A stretch of DNA of 64,000 nt from NCBI GenBank assembly GCA_050084985.1, contig JBITNC010000002.1:2294001-2358000 (forward strand), given 5' to 3'. Of the stretch, positions 37,927-51,539 are shown piece after piece (the stretch's first letter is position 1; every line of letters begins with the position of its first letter). The notes under the pieces were generated by a model that searched no databases, was not told the DNA's origin, and saw nothing but the letters and a program-made list of their open reading frames with translations. The translations under genes and the position numbers were made by a program. This stretch comes from Nageia nagi (lineage: Eukaryota > Plantae > Pinophyta).

Positions 37927-40559
37927 AAGTTTAGAAAACTCTTGTTGGAGCTGCATAAAACTTGTTTGTTTAGGAAAAAAATATGGTTGTTGGAGCTGCA
38001 CAGAAATTATTTTCTGCTATTCAAGTGAAGCAGATTTCAAGCTAGTTTATGCTTATGGTCAAGAGAAGGATTGTTTCTTATCATCTTGATATGTATATCA
38101 GAATTTTGATATTCCTTATTTCAGTTCATACAAATGCAGAAAGGTCTATACAGATAACGTTGACAGCAATGGCTGATTTTCACATGTTCAATACCTTGAA
38201 GATCATGCTGTACATAAGATTTTAGTGTAGTTCAACTATGGTACCTGGTCTTCCTACAAATGAAAATTTTGGAGTTAAAATAGGGCTTGATGCCAGATTG
38301 CCTTCAGCAGCTGAAGGTTTTTTTTGACTTAGGTTGATTTTATTCAGTTACTACATGGAGCATGGCTAAGATTTTTGATATTAGGTGCTCCAATGTTGTC
38401 AATGTGCAAAAGAGTGCATTGGAGAAGCCTTGTTGAATATCCATAATTTAAGATGTCCACTCTTGAAATACGTTCTTGATTGAATGCTTCAGTACACTAT
38501 TCGGATTGGGAAAAACAAAAACCTGTGTCGTCTATTGGGTATGGAATTTTGTTGTTTCAACTTACATAAGGAAGAGAAATATTTATCTGATTGAGGCGGT
38601 TACATTTATATCCTTGCAAAAAAAAATGGTTAGGCAATTCTTACTATTCCTAGTTTTCTCTTCTGCACCTTGTTCGTTTCTAAATGATTGTTATGATCAA
38701 TATGGTTGTAAATGAAATATTTGTTTCAAGGCCATTTAGATGTCAAATGTGTGAGAATGATCGATGAACTCATTGACGGCTTTTGGGGCATAGATGTAAG
38801 AATAGTCTAGTTTTTCTTTTGAGTTTGATTTTGTCGGAAAAATAAAACTTTACAATCACAAGAAATAACTTTCCAATTAAGCCTGTGACATAGAGTTCCA
38901 TGGGATTGATAGTCATGTTGAGAAAGCTAGAGAATCTTACCCTTGAACGAATCACAGTGCAAGAGGCAAGTGGTGGTTTTATCAACAATGTAAACTGGCT
39001 TCAAATTGCTAATGGTGATGGTTTTGCTCACTGTACATTCTTCTATGGGCAGTGGTTTGAAATATTTTAGCAATCAAGTAGTGATTACTGTGTTTACAAT
39101 AGAATCCAAATATTAGCTCAAAATATCAGGTGTGTCCAAACCTTAAACCTTGTGACCTCATTATTTAAGCAAGAGAGTTAAATTCAAAATGGTGATGTTA
39201 TTCTTTAGTACCACCTTGAACTATCTAAAATTTTATAATATTGATGTTTTTTACTGGCAAAATTTTGGTAGCAATTTCCAAGGAATTTTCATAAACCAAG
39301 CCATGTATTACCAAAATGTTTGTCTTTTTTGAGTGTATATATAATGTTTAAAATATATTTATTGAATATGTATTTTTTCTTAGTTTTGAAATATTACATT
39401 AATCAAGTAGTGATTTTGTATTTGCATCGGAACCCAAATATTATAATACTTTTAAGAGGCAATTCTTAGAATGTTATTATTCACATCTGAAGTAGGGATG
39501 TTGCTTTTATTTGTCAACTCCTCATGTTGTGGGTGCATTGTTTAGTGGTCTTCCCTTTGGGTGGTGGTTGCATTGTCTAGTGGTCTTACCTCTGTTTGAG
39601 TGGTTCAGAATTTGATATTTTTGTTCAATATCGCTCTTTGGTCCATTTGAGTTGATGAAGTAGGTTGTGATGAGTTGAAAGTCTAGGGGTTGGGGAAGCT
39701 GCCTAAATGAGAGATCTTTTGTTGATATAATTGAATTTTCTCTCATGCATATTGTTGGTTTGAATAACTAAAGAAGATGAATAGAGATCGTGATTCACCC
39801 TTGAAGAAAAAATGGATTCTCCTTCAGATCTCATTGTAGATGGGACATTGAAAGATAAAATAGTGCAAGGTTTTTACTTCCCCAGGGAGAAAAATAGATA
39901 GATTTGTTCCTTTCATGGTAGGTGATGATTTGACTCAACATGAATTTGTTGAGAGTACATTCGGGTGTACAATGTGGGCTTGTATGTTATGCATCATAGG
40001 TTGTTGAAGGTAAGGTGGAGGAACTATATGATTATCTTAGATGTGAAGAAAGTACTTATAAAATAAAGATAACCTAGGGAAGGGGTGTGATGGTAGAGAT
40101 CCATGTGTAGTTGGTATAGTGGAGATTGATGTCCTTTCTAATCTTTTAATATATCTTTACCCTTTTATTCGAACATAGGAGTTTGAGGGCTTCCAGGGAA
40201 TAAAGGAGAATTTTATTAATAAGAGTTTGAATTATGGCCAAAAGTATAAATACCTGAGACTAACCACCTTTTTGACCCCCCTTAGGGCTCAATGGGAGGT
40301 ATATTGAGGAGTGCAAAGCTAAGTAAAGGTATTATCTACATCCCACAAATAGATCTCCTAAGGCATGAAACCTATGTAAAGAGGTGATGATTTAAAGATG
40401 AAGATGTGAGTCTCCAAATTTTGCCAAAACAATGGAATGGGGGATTGTGATCTTGCATTAAATGAATCTACAAAGAAAGAGTGTCTACACTTGTTCAATA
40501 TGAGACCATTTAGTGGGACCAAGGTTACGACCCCATATCTTTGACCCATAGGTTACAAT

Positions 40560-41550
40560 TGATTTGCCTATGATCTAAAGATACTGGACCTCATATCAAA
40601 GATCATATTCAATGACATATCCTGAAAATATGATCTAAAACAACTCCTCTTGAGCATGGAAAAGCCTTCATAGCCTTTGGAAATGGTATCTTGGGTGGTG
40701 GGCTTCATCTCAAAAGTGAGTCCAATGAAAGAACTCCCAAATATATGTAGGACGTGGTGATCTGCACCTCTTTCCCTTGAAGATGAAAGTGGAGATGGGA
40801 TACAACCTCTTTGGTAGTATTGAACATCATAACCTTGATCTTGGCAAGATTTACAATAAAATATTTTCTAGTTAATGTAGAAGCCCCTAAGGCGTTGAGG
40901 TTAATAGAATAACATCGTTAATGAAGAGAAGGGTATAAATCATCACATGGTGAAGTATGCAACCATCCCTTGGATGCATGTGTTCATGAATAAATGACTC
41001 AAGTTCATCTATGAAGATTCTAATGAGTTTCAGAGAAAGAGGGCAACCTTGTTTCACTCAAATGGTACTAAGAATGTTGTTTGAAAGGCTTTGTGGATAC
41101 TGAAATTGTCATATCACTGATTGAAGTCTCTCAAATAATATATGATGAGGCATTATGTCAAAAGATTTCCTAAAATCAACAAAACAACAATAAACTCTCA
41201 AAGATATGGAATGCACCTCCATGATAATGACATTGAGGACTAGGATATGATCGATGGTTTGATGGTCTTGTTGAAAACTAGCTTGAGATGTGGCCCTCCT
41301 CTTCTAGCTTGTGAACAAGAAGCACATCCAATGCTATGAGATAAAGCTTAGCAAAGAAATACGTGCCCAATCATGATGGTTATGTAGTTGTTGGGTTCAT
41401 GTAGGCCCCCTATCTTATGGATGGGGTGGATGATGTCCTATATCAATGAGTCAAGAAAACTCAAACTAACAATGAGAATGAAGAGATCCATGAGGGGCAT
41501 AACAATTGAGTCGATGCCATGCTTAAAGTTTTTGTCTATAACCCATCCAT
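40560..41550 (-). mobile_element. Highly decayed copia-like gag/protease/pre-integrase remnant
   Basis: Only faint motif remnants on the minus strand; boundaries approximate. Confidence 0.35.
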
Positions 41551-42099
41551 GTTGCTAATTTGCTTGTGACAAGTTTTCTAGTAACTTGCTTGATAAGTTT
41601 AGTAGAGAAATAAAAAACAAATTGTTGACTAATGCAATTTGCTTTCAAACAAATTTTGAGATGTACAGGTTACAAATAATAGCCATAGATTCAACTAAAC
41701 TTAGTGTTTCAAACTTCACAACAACTCATCACCTAACAAACAAATTTCAATTCAAGACATTTCATAAATTAGCGGAAGCGTATATATTAAAATCTCATAC
41801 ATATATAAAAAATGAATCCATAGCTCCAAATTGGAAGATGTTACAACAATTTTGAATTATATTGAATGATAATACAAGCTTGGTTTCCAAAAGGGCAAAC
41901 TTTGAAATTTTCTATCTTTGATACAAAGAAATCTCTTCCATTTCATAATGCTTTGAAAATGCTAAAATAAATCTAAAATCACAGTCATCCAATACATGAT
42001 AGATGCATGACAAACACAACATTAGTTATAAAAATAATGCTTAGGGTTTTATTGAGATGATTGGTGATTTTTATACTTTAGCCATTTTTAATATGTTTG

Positions 42100-42263
42100 C
42101 ATGTCTTACAACATTAATTCTTCACTGTCTTCTAGCAATGCTTTACATGTCTTACAACATCAATTCATCTTCTTTGTCTTCTAGTAGCGCTTGGTATGTC
42201 TTGTGGCATCAATTCATCTTCTTTGTCTTCTAGCAATGCTTAGCATGTCTAGTAGCACCAATT
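42100..42263. repeat. About 46-49-bp tandem repeat, about 3.4 copies
   Basis: catgtcttacaacat.aattc...tgtcttctagcaatgctt repeated. Confidence 0.85.
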
Positions 42264-45200
42264 TAATGTATGCTCATTCTTAATTGAGAGTTTCAATTAT
42301 GCGAACTTGAAGCTTATGTTGATTTCAATATTTGATGCATATTTTTGGATGTTGATGTCATGCTTTTCAATAAGAACTTCAGAGTTAAGGTTTGCATGTG
42401 AGAGGCTAATCAATGTTGACTTTGTGCAAAAGATTATTTGTTAGTTGCATGTGCATGTTAGACTTATACTGAGTTTTCCATCTTTGATCTTGACTCAATG
42501 TTTTATGAAAGGTTGGAACTTTGAGGAAGGAATGCTAAGTTGACTTGTAAAAGTTTTGAACTTACGCTTTCCTGAACTTCCTCAATGTTTTTGAGGGGCC
42601 AAAACTTTTGATGAAGGAATGTTGATATTGACTTTTATAAGATATGATTTATGCTTTTTCAAGCTTTCATTAGAACTATTGATCAATTTGATAATATAAA
42701 AGAATCCAATCATTTGGTTTCTTTCTTACAGGCGAGGAAATGACATGCTTGAAAAGATAAAAGAAGAATGTAATAATATCAATAGAACTTGGACACTTGA
42801 CGATTTAAAGTAATGGGGCTTTGATTTTTATTGATATATCAAATTACAAGTACCCAACACCAATTTGGCAATTCTTATAATGTAATGTAACTAACTAATA
42901 GATGGTATGTTTTTATCCTTCTTAATGATACTTGTACATTCACTCTCCTATATTCCTTCTCATACACTTTCTTATGTCATATTTCTACTTTTTATCTCCT
43001 TTATATTTCAATGAACAAACATGGTGATTCAAGTTTAGTATAATTACCTTTCCATTAAGATGGTGACTCTTCTTAACATTTTGTTTGTCTTCCTTAATCT
43101 TCTTTAGTTATGCGAATCATTATTCCTTTACGAAGTCACTAAGTCTTGACTTTGTACTGCAATCACTAATCACTAAGATTTGATCACTAGATGGATGAGC
43201 CAACAAACTACTTCACTTATTTGTTAATTCTTTTTTATCATGAATTCCTTTTAAATCGATTGGGCTTCTCTCATGCTAACATCCTCTCCAAATTAGTATC
43301 AAGGTTTGTCCCTAAGCCATCTTGTTCAATTCTTTGTATTTGACCTACTCGAATCTTCTTATTTGTATAATTTCACACAATTCAAGTTTTCAAGGGTCAT
43401 CAGGATTCCTAAAGAGAACAATTTTGAGTCCTAAGGAATCAATACACAATGATTTCTAGGCAAGTTGAGGTTAGTAGGTTTTCACAAAGTAATGGATGTA
43501 GTTGTAGATAATCTTTTCCATGGGTAGTCGATCAACAAACCACTGGACTTCATAAGGTGTTATTGGAAGATTGAAAGTTATGTACCCAAAAGAATTTTTG
43601 AGCCAAGTATTAGTAGCACAATTCAACACAAATTGCGGAGCACACAAAGACCAACAAAAGTAAACTTTATTTATCAATTCCAATTTAGATTCTTCCTCCA
43701 AATGTTTTTGGCGAACATTAATCTCAATGAACATATCATCATAGTGAATTTGGAGCGTCTGTGCATAAGATTATATGAGTTTAAAGAGTTCCTTTGTAAT
43801 TTTGCCTTTCATATCATATTAAAGTATCAAAATATTCTAATGTCAAATGATTGAACATAAATGAGAGTGCCTACCTAGTGATCTTCTTGACACTGATTTT
43901 GGTCATCTAAATTTGGTGACATTATTGATAGAAAGATTCAGGGGTTTGTTCTTATTCCTTGTTGAACTCCTTACAAGATTCTACTACTTTCCTATGTGGA
44001 ATACACCTTATTTATAAAGGTCAATGAAAGTTTTTAATGAATCTATATGGCCGTGAGTCAATTTATTAATTGATTCAATTTTCTTTTGTCTCCTTATTTT
44101 GAGTTGTTAAAACTCATCTTTGATATTAACTTTGTCCCCTTATATTTAATTGTTAATGATTTTATCTATAATTATTTTTATGTACTTCTTAGCAAATTTC
44201 CTTTATCTTTCTATTGGATAGAATCACGATCAATCACCTTAGCAAAATCACTCTTTTAACATCTTTAATTTCATCAATCATTTCGTCATTTTAAACTTTT
44301 ATTTGTTCGTCATCTTATTTGTTTTAACTGTTTTAATTAAACAAATATATGATGAAAATTCTCTTTGTCAACACATCATCATATAAAACATCACCAAAAG
44401 TATGGAGCAACTTTTATATTCATCGCCAGTCATCAAAATTACAATTTTCTTTGATATCATTTTTTTAGTATAGATTAGTCAATTCTTCCCTACTACATCA
44501 TGATTTGAAATTGGTTGTGCTTGTTGGGTGCTTGTCTAGAATGTAACCATGTCTCTTGGAAAAGGGTCTAAATTTATGGTTGATGAAGTATTTCTCCATA
44601 TCATGTATCCATTTTTGAACTTCTAGGTGAAGCATCTCTAAAATGAAGTCTAAGGCTATGCAATTTTGAGCAATTTGTATGGTGTCATCGACTTGGCGGT
44701 ATTTTGCTATCTCTATTTGAAGATGTTTCAACTCTACTTCATGTGCTTCTTGCAAGTTTTTAAGGTGTTGAAAGATGACCTATATATCTTCCTTGATTTC
44801 ATTCTTCTTTTGAAGCAATTGTAAGAGCTTGTTTTAGCCTTTCTATAAATCTTTTAAGCAATGATGCCTTTCTGTTACTTCCTTTTAAAATTATGTTGTT
44901 TACTCTCGACAACCTTGAATTTTTTGATCAATATCCTATGTGAATAGAATGATAAAGTTATTCTCTACATTGTGCTTGATATTTTAACAAACTACTTGAT
45001 ATATCTTGAAATGTTTCTACATGTTTTCCATCTTCTCTAGGATTTGCTTATTCTAATGAAAGTCATTTTGTTTAATTTTCTCTTCCTATTTGTTCTGCTT
45101 ATGTTGTTATTGCCTTTTTTCATTGTCACTGTTGATTAGTAGAGTGATTTTGTTTAATCACTTATCTGATTGAATCTCTCAATTGAAGGTGAAGTGGTAA

Positions 45201-46292
45201 TGTGCTATCAATTTGGGCATCCAATATCTCATGATGAATATTTTCGATCATTTGCGAAATGTGTTTTTTTGTAGTAATTGCAATAGTTGTTGAGATGAAG
45301 ATTGTTTTTGGTGCTGAATCAAAGATTATAATTATTCACCAAGGTCCTGTGTGCTTCCAATTCTTAACTCTGGTAGTTTATTTAGGATCATTGTTAGTGC
45401 TATCTGCACCTTGTTTTGTAGGGCATCTAACTCTTTTTGGATATGAACATAATAATGTTGTATTATAGTTGACTTGTTGATGCAAGTCTAGGTGGTTCTG
45501 AATAGACATCTTGTGGAAGTTAAGTTATCCTCTCTCCTTTATGTAGGTTACTGCTTGTGGTAAAGGGATATGTTTAGTGGATGCCCGTGGAGGAATATGT
45601 TGTTTCCAAGTCGAAGGAATATCTTGTTATTTGGTTAATAATGGTTGGGTCGGACATGGTGGTACGCGAAATGTTGAAAGATTTTGTTGAGTGTTGGTGG
45701 AAATAGGAGGTGAGATTTGGATAGTTTATGTTAGGATTTGTGAAGTTGTGTAGGTAGAGACTAAAGTGGTGGGATTGGAGTTAAGGGACTATTTGTATTG
45801 ATAAAAGTTGTGTAATTTAGGGGTGGAAATATGGATGTAGATTTTATCGACCTAGTTCTTCCTACCATCTGAGTTGTTATTTTTAGAAAAGATACCGGAT
45901 GGGATGAGGTTGCTATTGTTGTGGAGATAGTGGCCATTATCGCCAATACTTTAGTAGCTTGTTAATGGTCATGTATTGTTACTATCATTTATTCTAGATT
46001 TGCATTGGTCCTAATGGGATTGATGACAAGGGGATCAATGTTTTTCATTCCTTTGGAATGATATATAGTGGCTTCTTCCTCTTATAATATTTCCTCAAGT
46101 GATGATTGAGTGGCCAATGACGATGATGTTTCTTCAATTTACTAGTGATAACTCCTTGATCTTCTAGGCATAAAATTGAAAAGGGGATTTGTTATATGTG
46201 TGGGGCTCTTCATCTTTCTTGTCAAGATGAATTTTCCTTCTTACATTGTTGGCTTTGGTTGGTGCTTGGTTTTGTTAGAGTCTAAAACACCT

Positions 46293-49035
46293 TGAAGGAA
46301 TTGCAATATAACAAATACAATCCTAATTGCCCAAGATTATATGAAAGCTCAAACTAACATCAATATAACTCAAGAAGATAATCTCACAAAGTGACTCGAG
46401 ATAAAGTGGTTCCTCCAACTATGAGTACATCCACTAACTAGATCTAACTTCATTCACAAATATGAATCTCTTACAAATGTCCTAATCTCATCTTCTATGC
46501 ACTATCTTATAGCATAACTTTACTTCACAAATTGGTGAGAGATTACAAAGAGGGGACCTTCTATTTATAGGCCAAAAACCCATTTGGATCATCTTTTTAA
46601 CCAGTGTACAAAGGCATGACATGCTACTCTCTTTTACCCAAGAGGCATGCTCATGACATGGAGTGTAGGACAAGTTACATTATCATATTCACTTAAATAC
46701 TTAAGGTATCTAATGATACCCTTAAGTATTAGTGAATTTACAAAGAGGATTATTATAAGACCTTTACAATAATGCATTATACATTCCAATACTCCCCCTT
46801 AATGCAATATTGGGATAGAGTGAATGAGAGAGAAGAAAGAGAGAGTAAGAGAGTTCTCCTCCAAATAGATACAACCAAAGATGAGAACTTTTTACATCTT
46901 TGTGAAGAAAGCAATATCTAGTTTGAGACTCACTACTTTACCATTTTAACAAATGGTTTACAATATAATCATTAACCATAACGGTTTTAATGTACATAAA
47001 GTAATCATCCAACTGAAAGTCATGATGAGTCTCTATAAGCCTACACACCCGAAGTAACCTGCAATCTCAATGAAACTTGCAAGTTATAAGTAGCTCAAAC
47101 AACAAGATTAGTTAGATGCAACATATTCACATCAACAAGGATAGATGAATAAAACAAGTGCCATCATAAATTGATCAATGGTGCACTATAAATCATCATG
47201 AAGATGCTTGGCCAAAACTCATACACCTGCTGTATACAAAACATGTGTTGATTATCATTACCAAAATAGAGAAAAACAAAATGCACATACGAGTTCCTCA
47301 CATGGATAACTGAACAGTGTCAAAAGACACATGAGTTTCTCACACATGGATAACTGAATAGTGTTAGATTGGCCAATCTTTTGCTTGAAAAATTGTAGTT
47401 GTTCCTCACGTAGAGCGAACTTACCATGAAGGTGTACAAAAAAATCAACACTATACAGCAAAAAATCCTTCTAGGGATGAAGTTGTCATCATAAATATGA
47501 ATTCAACATAAGAATTCAGACTTCACTCCCCCTTGAGGGTAACTTCACCAACCTGATAGCATTCCTAAGCTTATAAAATTGAGCTTTAGGAAGGGGTTTG
47601 ATGAACAAATCAACAGAGTTCAAGGTTGATGGACAATACTCCAGGTGTATGATACCATCAAGAACCTTTTCCCTGATGAAATGGGCCTGGATTTTCATAT
47701 GTTTTATTCTTTGATGGAACACAAGATTCTTAGCCAAAGAAATAGCCGACTGATTGTCTGAAGAAATCAAAGATGAGCTAGCTTGCTCATACCCAATTTC
47801 TTTCAGAAGATGCCTTAGCTAAATAGCTTCTTAGGCTACAACAGACGTGGCACGACATTTGACTTCTGTGGTGGAAAGAGAAATAGTAGACTGTTTCTTA
47901 GAGGCCTAAGAGATAACACCTGAACCCATTCTAAACACATACGTAGAGGTTGATTTCTTATAATATCTATCTCCACCATAGTCAAAATCAGAGAAGCCTA
48001 AGAGAACGAATAAGGGCATCTTGGAATACTTGAGAGTAAGATCCGTAGTCCCTGCAACATACCTCAAGATTTGCTTAACAACATTGAAATGCTCTACATA
48101 TGGTTTCTACATGAATCGTGCCATCAGATTCATTGCAAAGGCAATATATGGCTTGGAAATAGTCAAATACAGAAGACTACTAATTAATTGCCTGTAAGTT
48201 GTAGCATCAACCAACTGAGAGTTGGAGCTAAGGGAAACAATGATTCCAGGAGAGACTAGGATAGTAGCATGTCTACATTCCTCCATTTCAAACTTCTGCA
48301 AGATATTTGATATATACTTGGATTGACTAAGATAGGTACAATCCTTGTATTGATATACTTGCATTCCAAGGTAGTAGTGCAAGAGACCAAGATCAGTCAT
48401 TTCAAACATTGCCTTAAGTTTGGATATGCACTCTTGAATGATTTCATCATTATTTCTAGTTATCAAAAGATCATCCACATAATGGAGAATTAAGACTACA
48501 TATTTTCCTTGATTGAGCACATATAGATACCAAATAAAGGAATTGCAATATAACAAATACAATCATAATTGCCCAAGATTATATGAAAGTGCAAAAACTA
48601 ACATCAAGATAACTCAAGAAGACAATCTCACAAAGTGACTCGAGATAAAGTGGCTCCTCCAACTAGGAGTACATCCACTAACTAGATCTTACTTCATTCA
48701 CAAATATGAATCTCTTACAAATCTCCTAATGTCATCTCCTACGTACTATCTTATAGCATAACTTTACTTCACAAATTGGTGAGTGATAACAAAGAGTGGG
48801 CCTTTTTTTATAGGCCAAAAACTTCTTTTGGATCACAATTTTAACCAATGTACAAAGGCATGACATGCTACTCCCTTTTATCCAAGAGGCATGCTCATGA
48901 CATGGAGTGTAGGAAAAGTTACATTATCATATTCATTTAAATACTTAAGGTATCTAATGATACCCTTAAGTATTAGTGAATTTACAAAGAGGATTATTAC
49001 AAGACCTTTACAATAATGCATTATACATTCCAATA
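46293..49035 (-). mobile_element. Copia C internal-deletion derivative (2743 bp); LTRs 46293-46791 and 48535-49035
   Basis: About 500-bp LTR pair (roughly 93% identical by eye), perfect TSD CACCT, PPT ctccccctt, PBS remnant TGGTATC fused to RT (HYVDDLLIT), RNase H (KHMKIQAHFIRE). Confidence 0.95.
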
Positions 49036-50796
49036 CACCTCTTATGGGTCTAAATATGACTTTAGGGTATTTTACTTTTTCTTCAAGTTGGTAAATAAAC
49101 TATTCAATTGAGAGAGAATGGGTTGATGACTTGTCGCTTGAAAAATCAAGGCTATATGGTATTTGAAATCATGGTTGATCTTCAAAGGATATTTATGGGG
49201 GTTTGATTTGATTTTCTAGATCTTCATAGGTTTAATTACTAATCTAATAGGGACATTAAAACATTAGATTTAGATTTAAATGGTGATATCATCTAGGTTG
49301 CAAAAATTTTGAGAATTTTATTTTTCTTAAAGAATTGTTGTAAAACTATCTCAAGGATCCTTTCCTTTTCTTTAATCATTTGGATGATATTATCAATCCT
49401 AGGGTGAAGGTTGATGATATTTTGTTGGAGTTACATAAATTGAGGTATTTAAGCTACTTTGAACCTTGACATTTGTTAACAACTTGGAGAAATACATTGC
49501 AATGTACATTAGAAAAGTGTAAAAATAAAAATTGATGGGAGTTTTGGCAATTTTAACCTTATCATCATTTTGTTCTAGGTTCTCTAGAAAGAGATGTATC
49601 AGATGGTATTGATTCTCTTTTTCAATGATGTTATATGCTATCATTGCTTCCATAAATGTAACAAATGAAGATATGTTATTGTTGTATAAACATGGAGTGA
49701 CTATCTTCATTGCAAATTTGTGTGTTAATTTCTTAATGTTGTTGGTAACTAAAGCCTTCATGTTCTTTGTTATCCCAAGTTTTTGCATGATGGGTTCATA
49801 TAATAAATTTTTAGCTTGTGTAATCTCTAAATGTCCAACTCCTACTTTTAGTCCCAAAATGTTCTCCATTGTTTCCTCATCAATGGGATATAACTTGTCC
49901 AACCATAGCCCCTTGTTATGATATTGGTTGTAAATGAAATTCATAATGTCGGGAAAATAAATAAAGCTCAACATGGTAGCTAGGTTTAAAAAACTCATTC
50001 TTTCTAGTCATTAAGTTTCCTCGATGGATAAAGGCATCATATCTATCTCCAATTTGAGCTTTGGCTCATTGAACTAGACCTAACAGATATATTGCATTGA
50101 TTCCTTGATTCCATGTACCCTTGATGAAATTAACATGAAATAAAACCTATGCAATGGTTCTTCTATGGTGTCATTTCTTGAAGTAGATTGGATGAACTCC
50201 TTTTGCATAATTATTTAGTACGAACTAGTGGGTGTATTCACCTTTTGAATTCCTCTATGCTTTTTCTGTAACTTGTGATCGAAAAAGAGTAATTGATGAA
50301 GGATATAGATGAGTTTTATCGACTCTGCACATGTAGTAAATTATTTTTAAGTTTTAATTATGCCATATTAATTTAGTTAATGCAATCACTATTATAAATC
50401 TTTAAATTAGTCCTTTTCCTTACATGTACACCTTGGTTACCGTATTTCATACAATAAGTCCATTTCTATTGATATGTAAATCAAATGTATCAATATGAGG
50501 TAATGAAATGGGGTTAACATCGATAAATGAAAATTATAGTGTATTTTTATCTAGTGACAGATTTTCGCAATCCTTAGTTTGTTGAAAATCAAGGGCTCAT
50601 AAAATCTTTATTTGATAAGTGGAATAAGCATAAACATGAATAATTAATTTTCTTTTAGATGTTTGATCCATTTTTCTTGATTTTGGTGATTCATTCAGGT
50701 GAATGGCATGTATGACTATATCTTATTCTATATCATTTTAGAGTAATTGTGTGTACTATACTTGGAGTATTCATCTCCCCTATGCCAATTTAATAT

Positions 50797-51150
50797 TGTT
50801 GGAATAATCATTGCAATTCAGAATAAGATATCATGGACTAACCACCATCTTAGGCCTTGAGACTAACTGAACTACAAGGTGTTCTTATATGGTGCTTATG
50901 TTTAACTCTAACACTTCAAAGTTATAGCATAATGATAAGTTAACAATGGTATTAGAGCCTTGTCCCATGATCGAATCCCCATAGTTACATCAGAGAGGGG
51001 GTGTTGGAATAACCACCACACCTCAAAATATGATAACATGCAATAACCACCACCCTAGGCCCTGATACTAACCACCATGCAAGGTGTTCTTATACAAAGC
51101 TTGTATCAGACTCAAACACTTCAAAGTTTTGGCGTAACGACAAATTAACA
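50797..51150 (+). mobile_element. TRIM (terminal-repeat retrotransposon in miniature), 354 bp
   Basis: 149-bp LTRs TGTTGG..TTAACA (50797-50945, 51002-51150), PBS TGGTATTAGAGCC, PPT agagaggggg, perfect TSD AATAT. Confidence 0.93.
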
Positions 51151-51539
51151 AATATATGGTATTAACTGCTTAAGATCTAATTTTAACTATAAGTAGTAGT
51201 TTAAGTCTCCAAAATTTTTTGTCAAGATTTCTAAATTGATATCATTAGTTACGTTTGTTGTATCTATGATGGCTTATTCACCAATTATTGATTGACTTAG
51301 TCTTGAGTTTAGTGATGAAATCAATGATAATGTTCCTTTATCAATATGATTGTAGAGGATTCAATCCAAGAGGTAATTTTTACATAATATGGAGAATTTA
51401 GAAGAATATAAGGTTGCCTACATTCTAATAGATATGTATCAAGGAAAGATCATGATGTATTTTGTAAGCATATCTAGGGTATCAGTTTCTAGTCATCAAG
51501 GAAATCCCATAGTTAACTCTTGATCTTCATAGTGGATAT

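Noticed and set aside
39760-40560. LINE endonuclease remnant
   Set aside because: Motifs too decayed to support a call.
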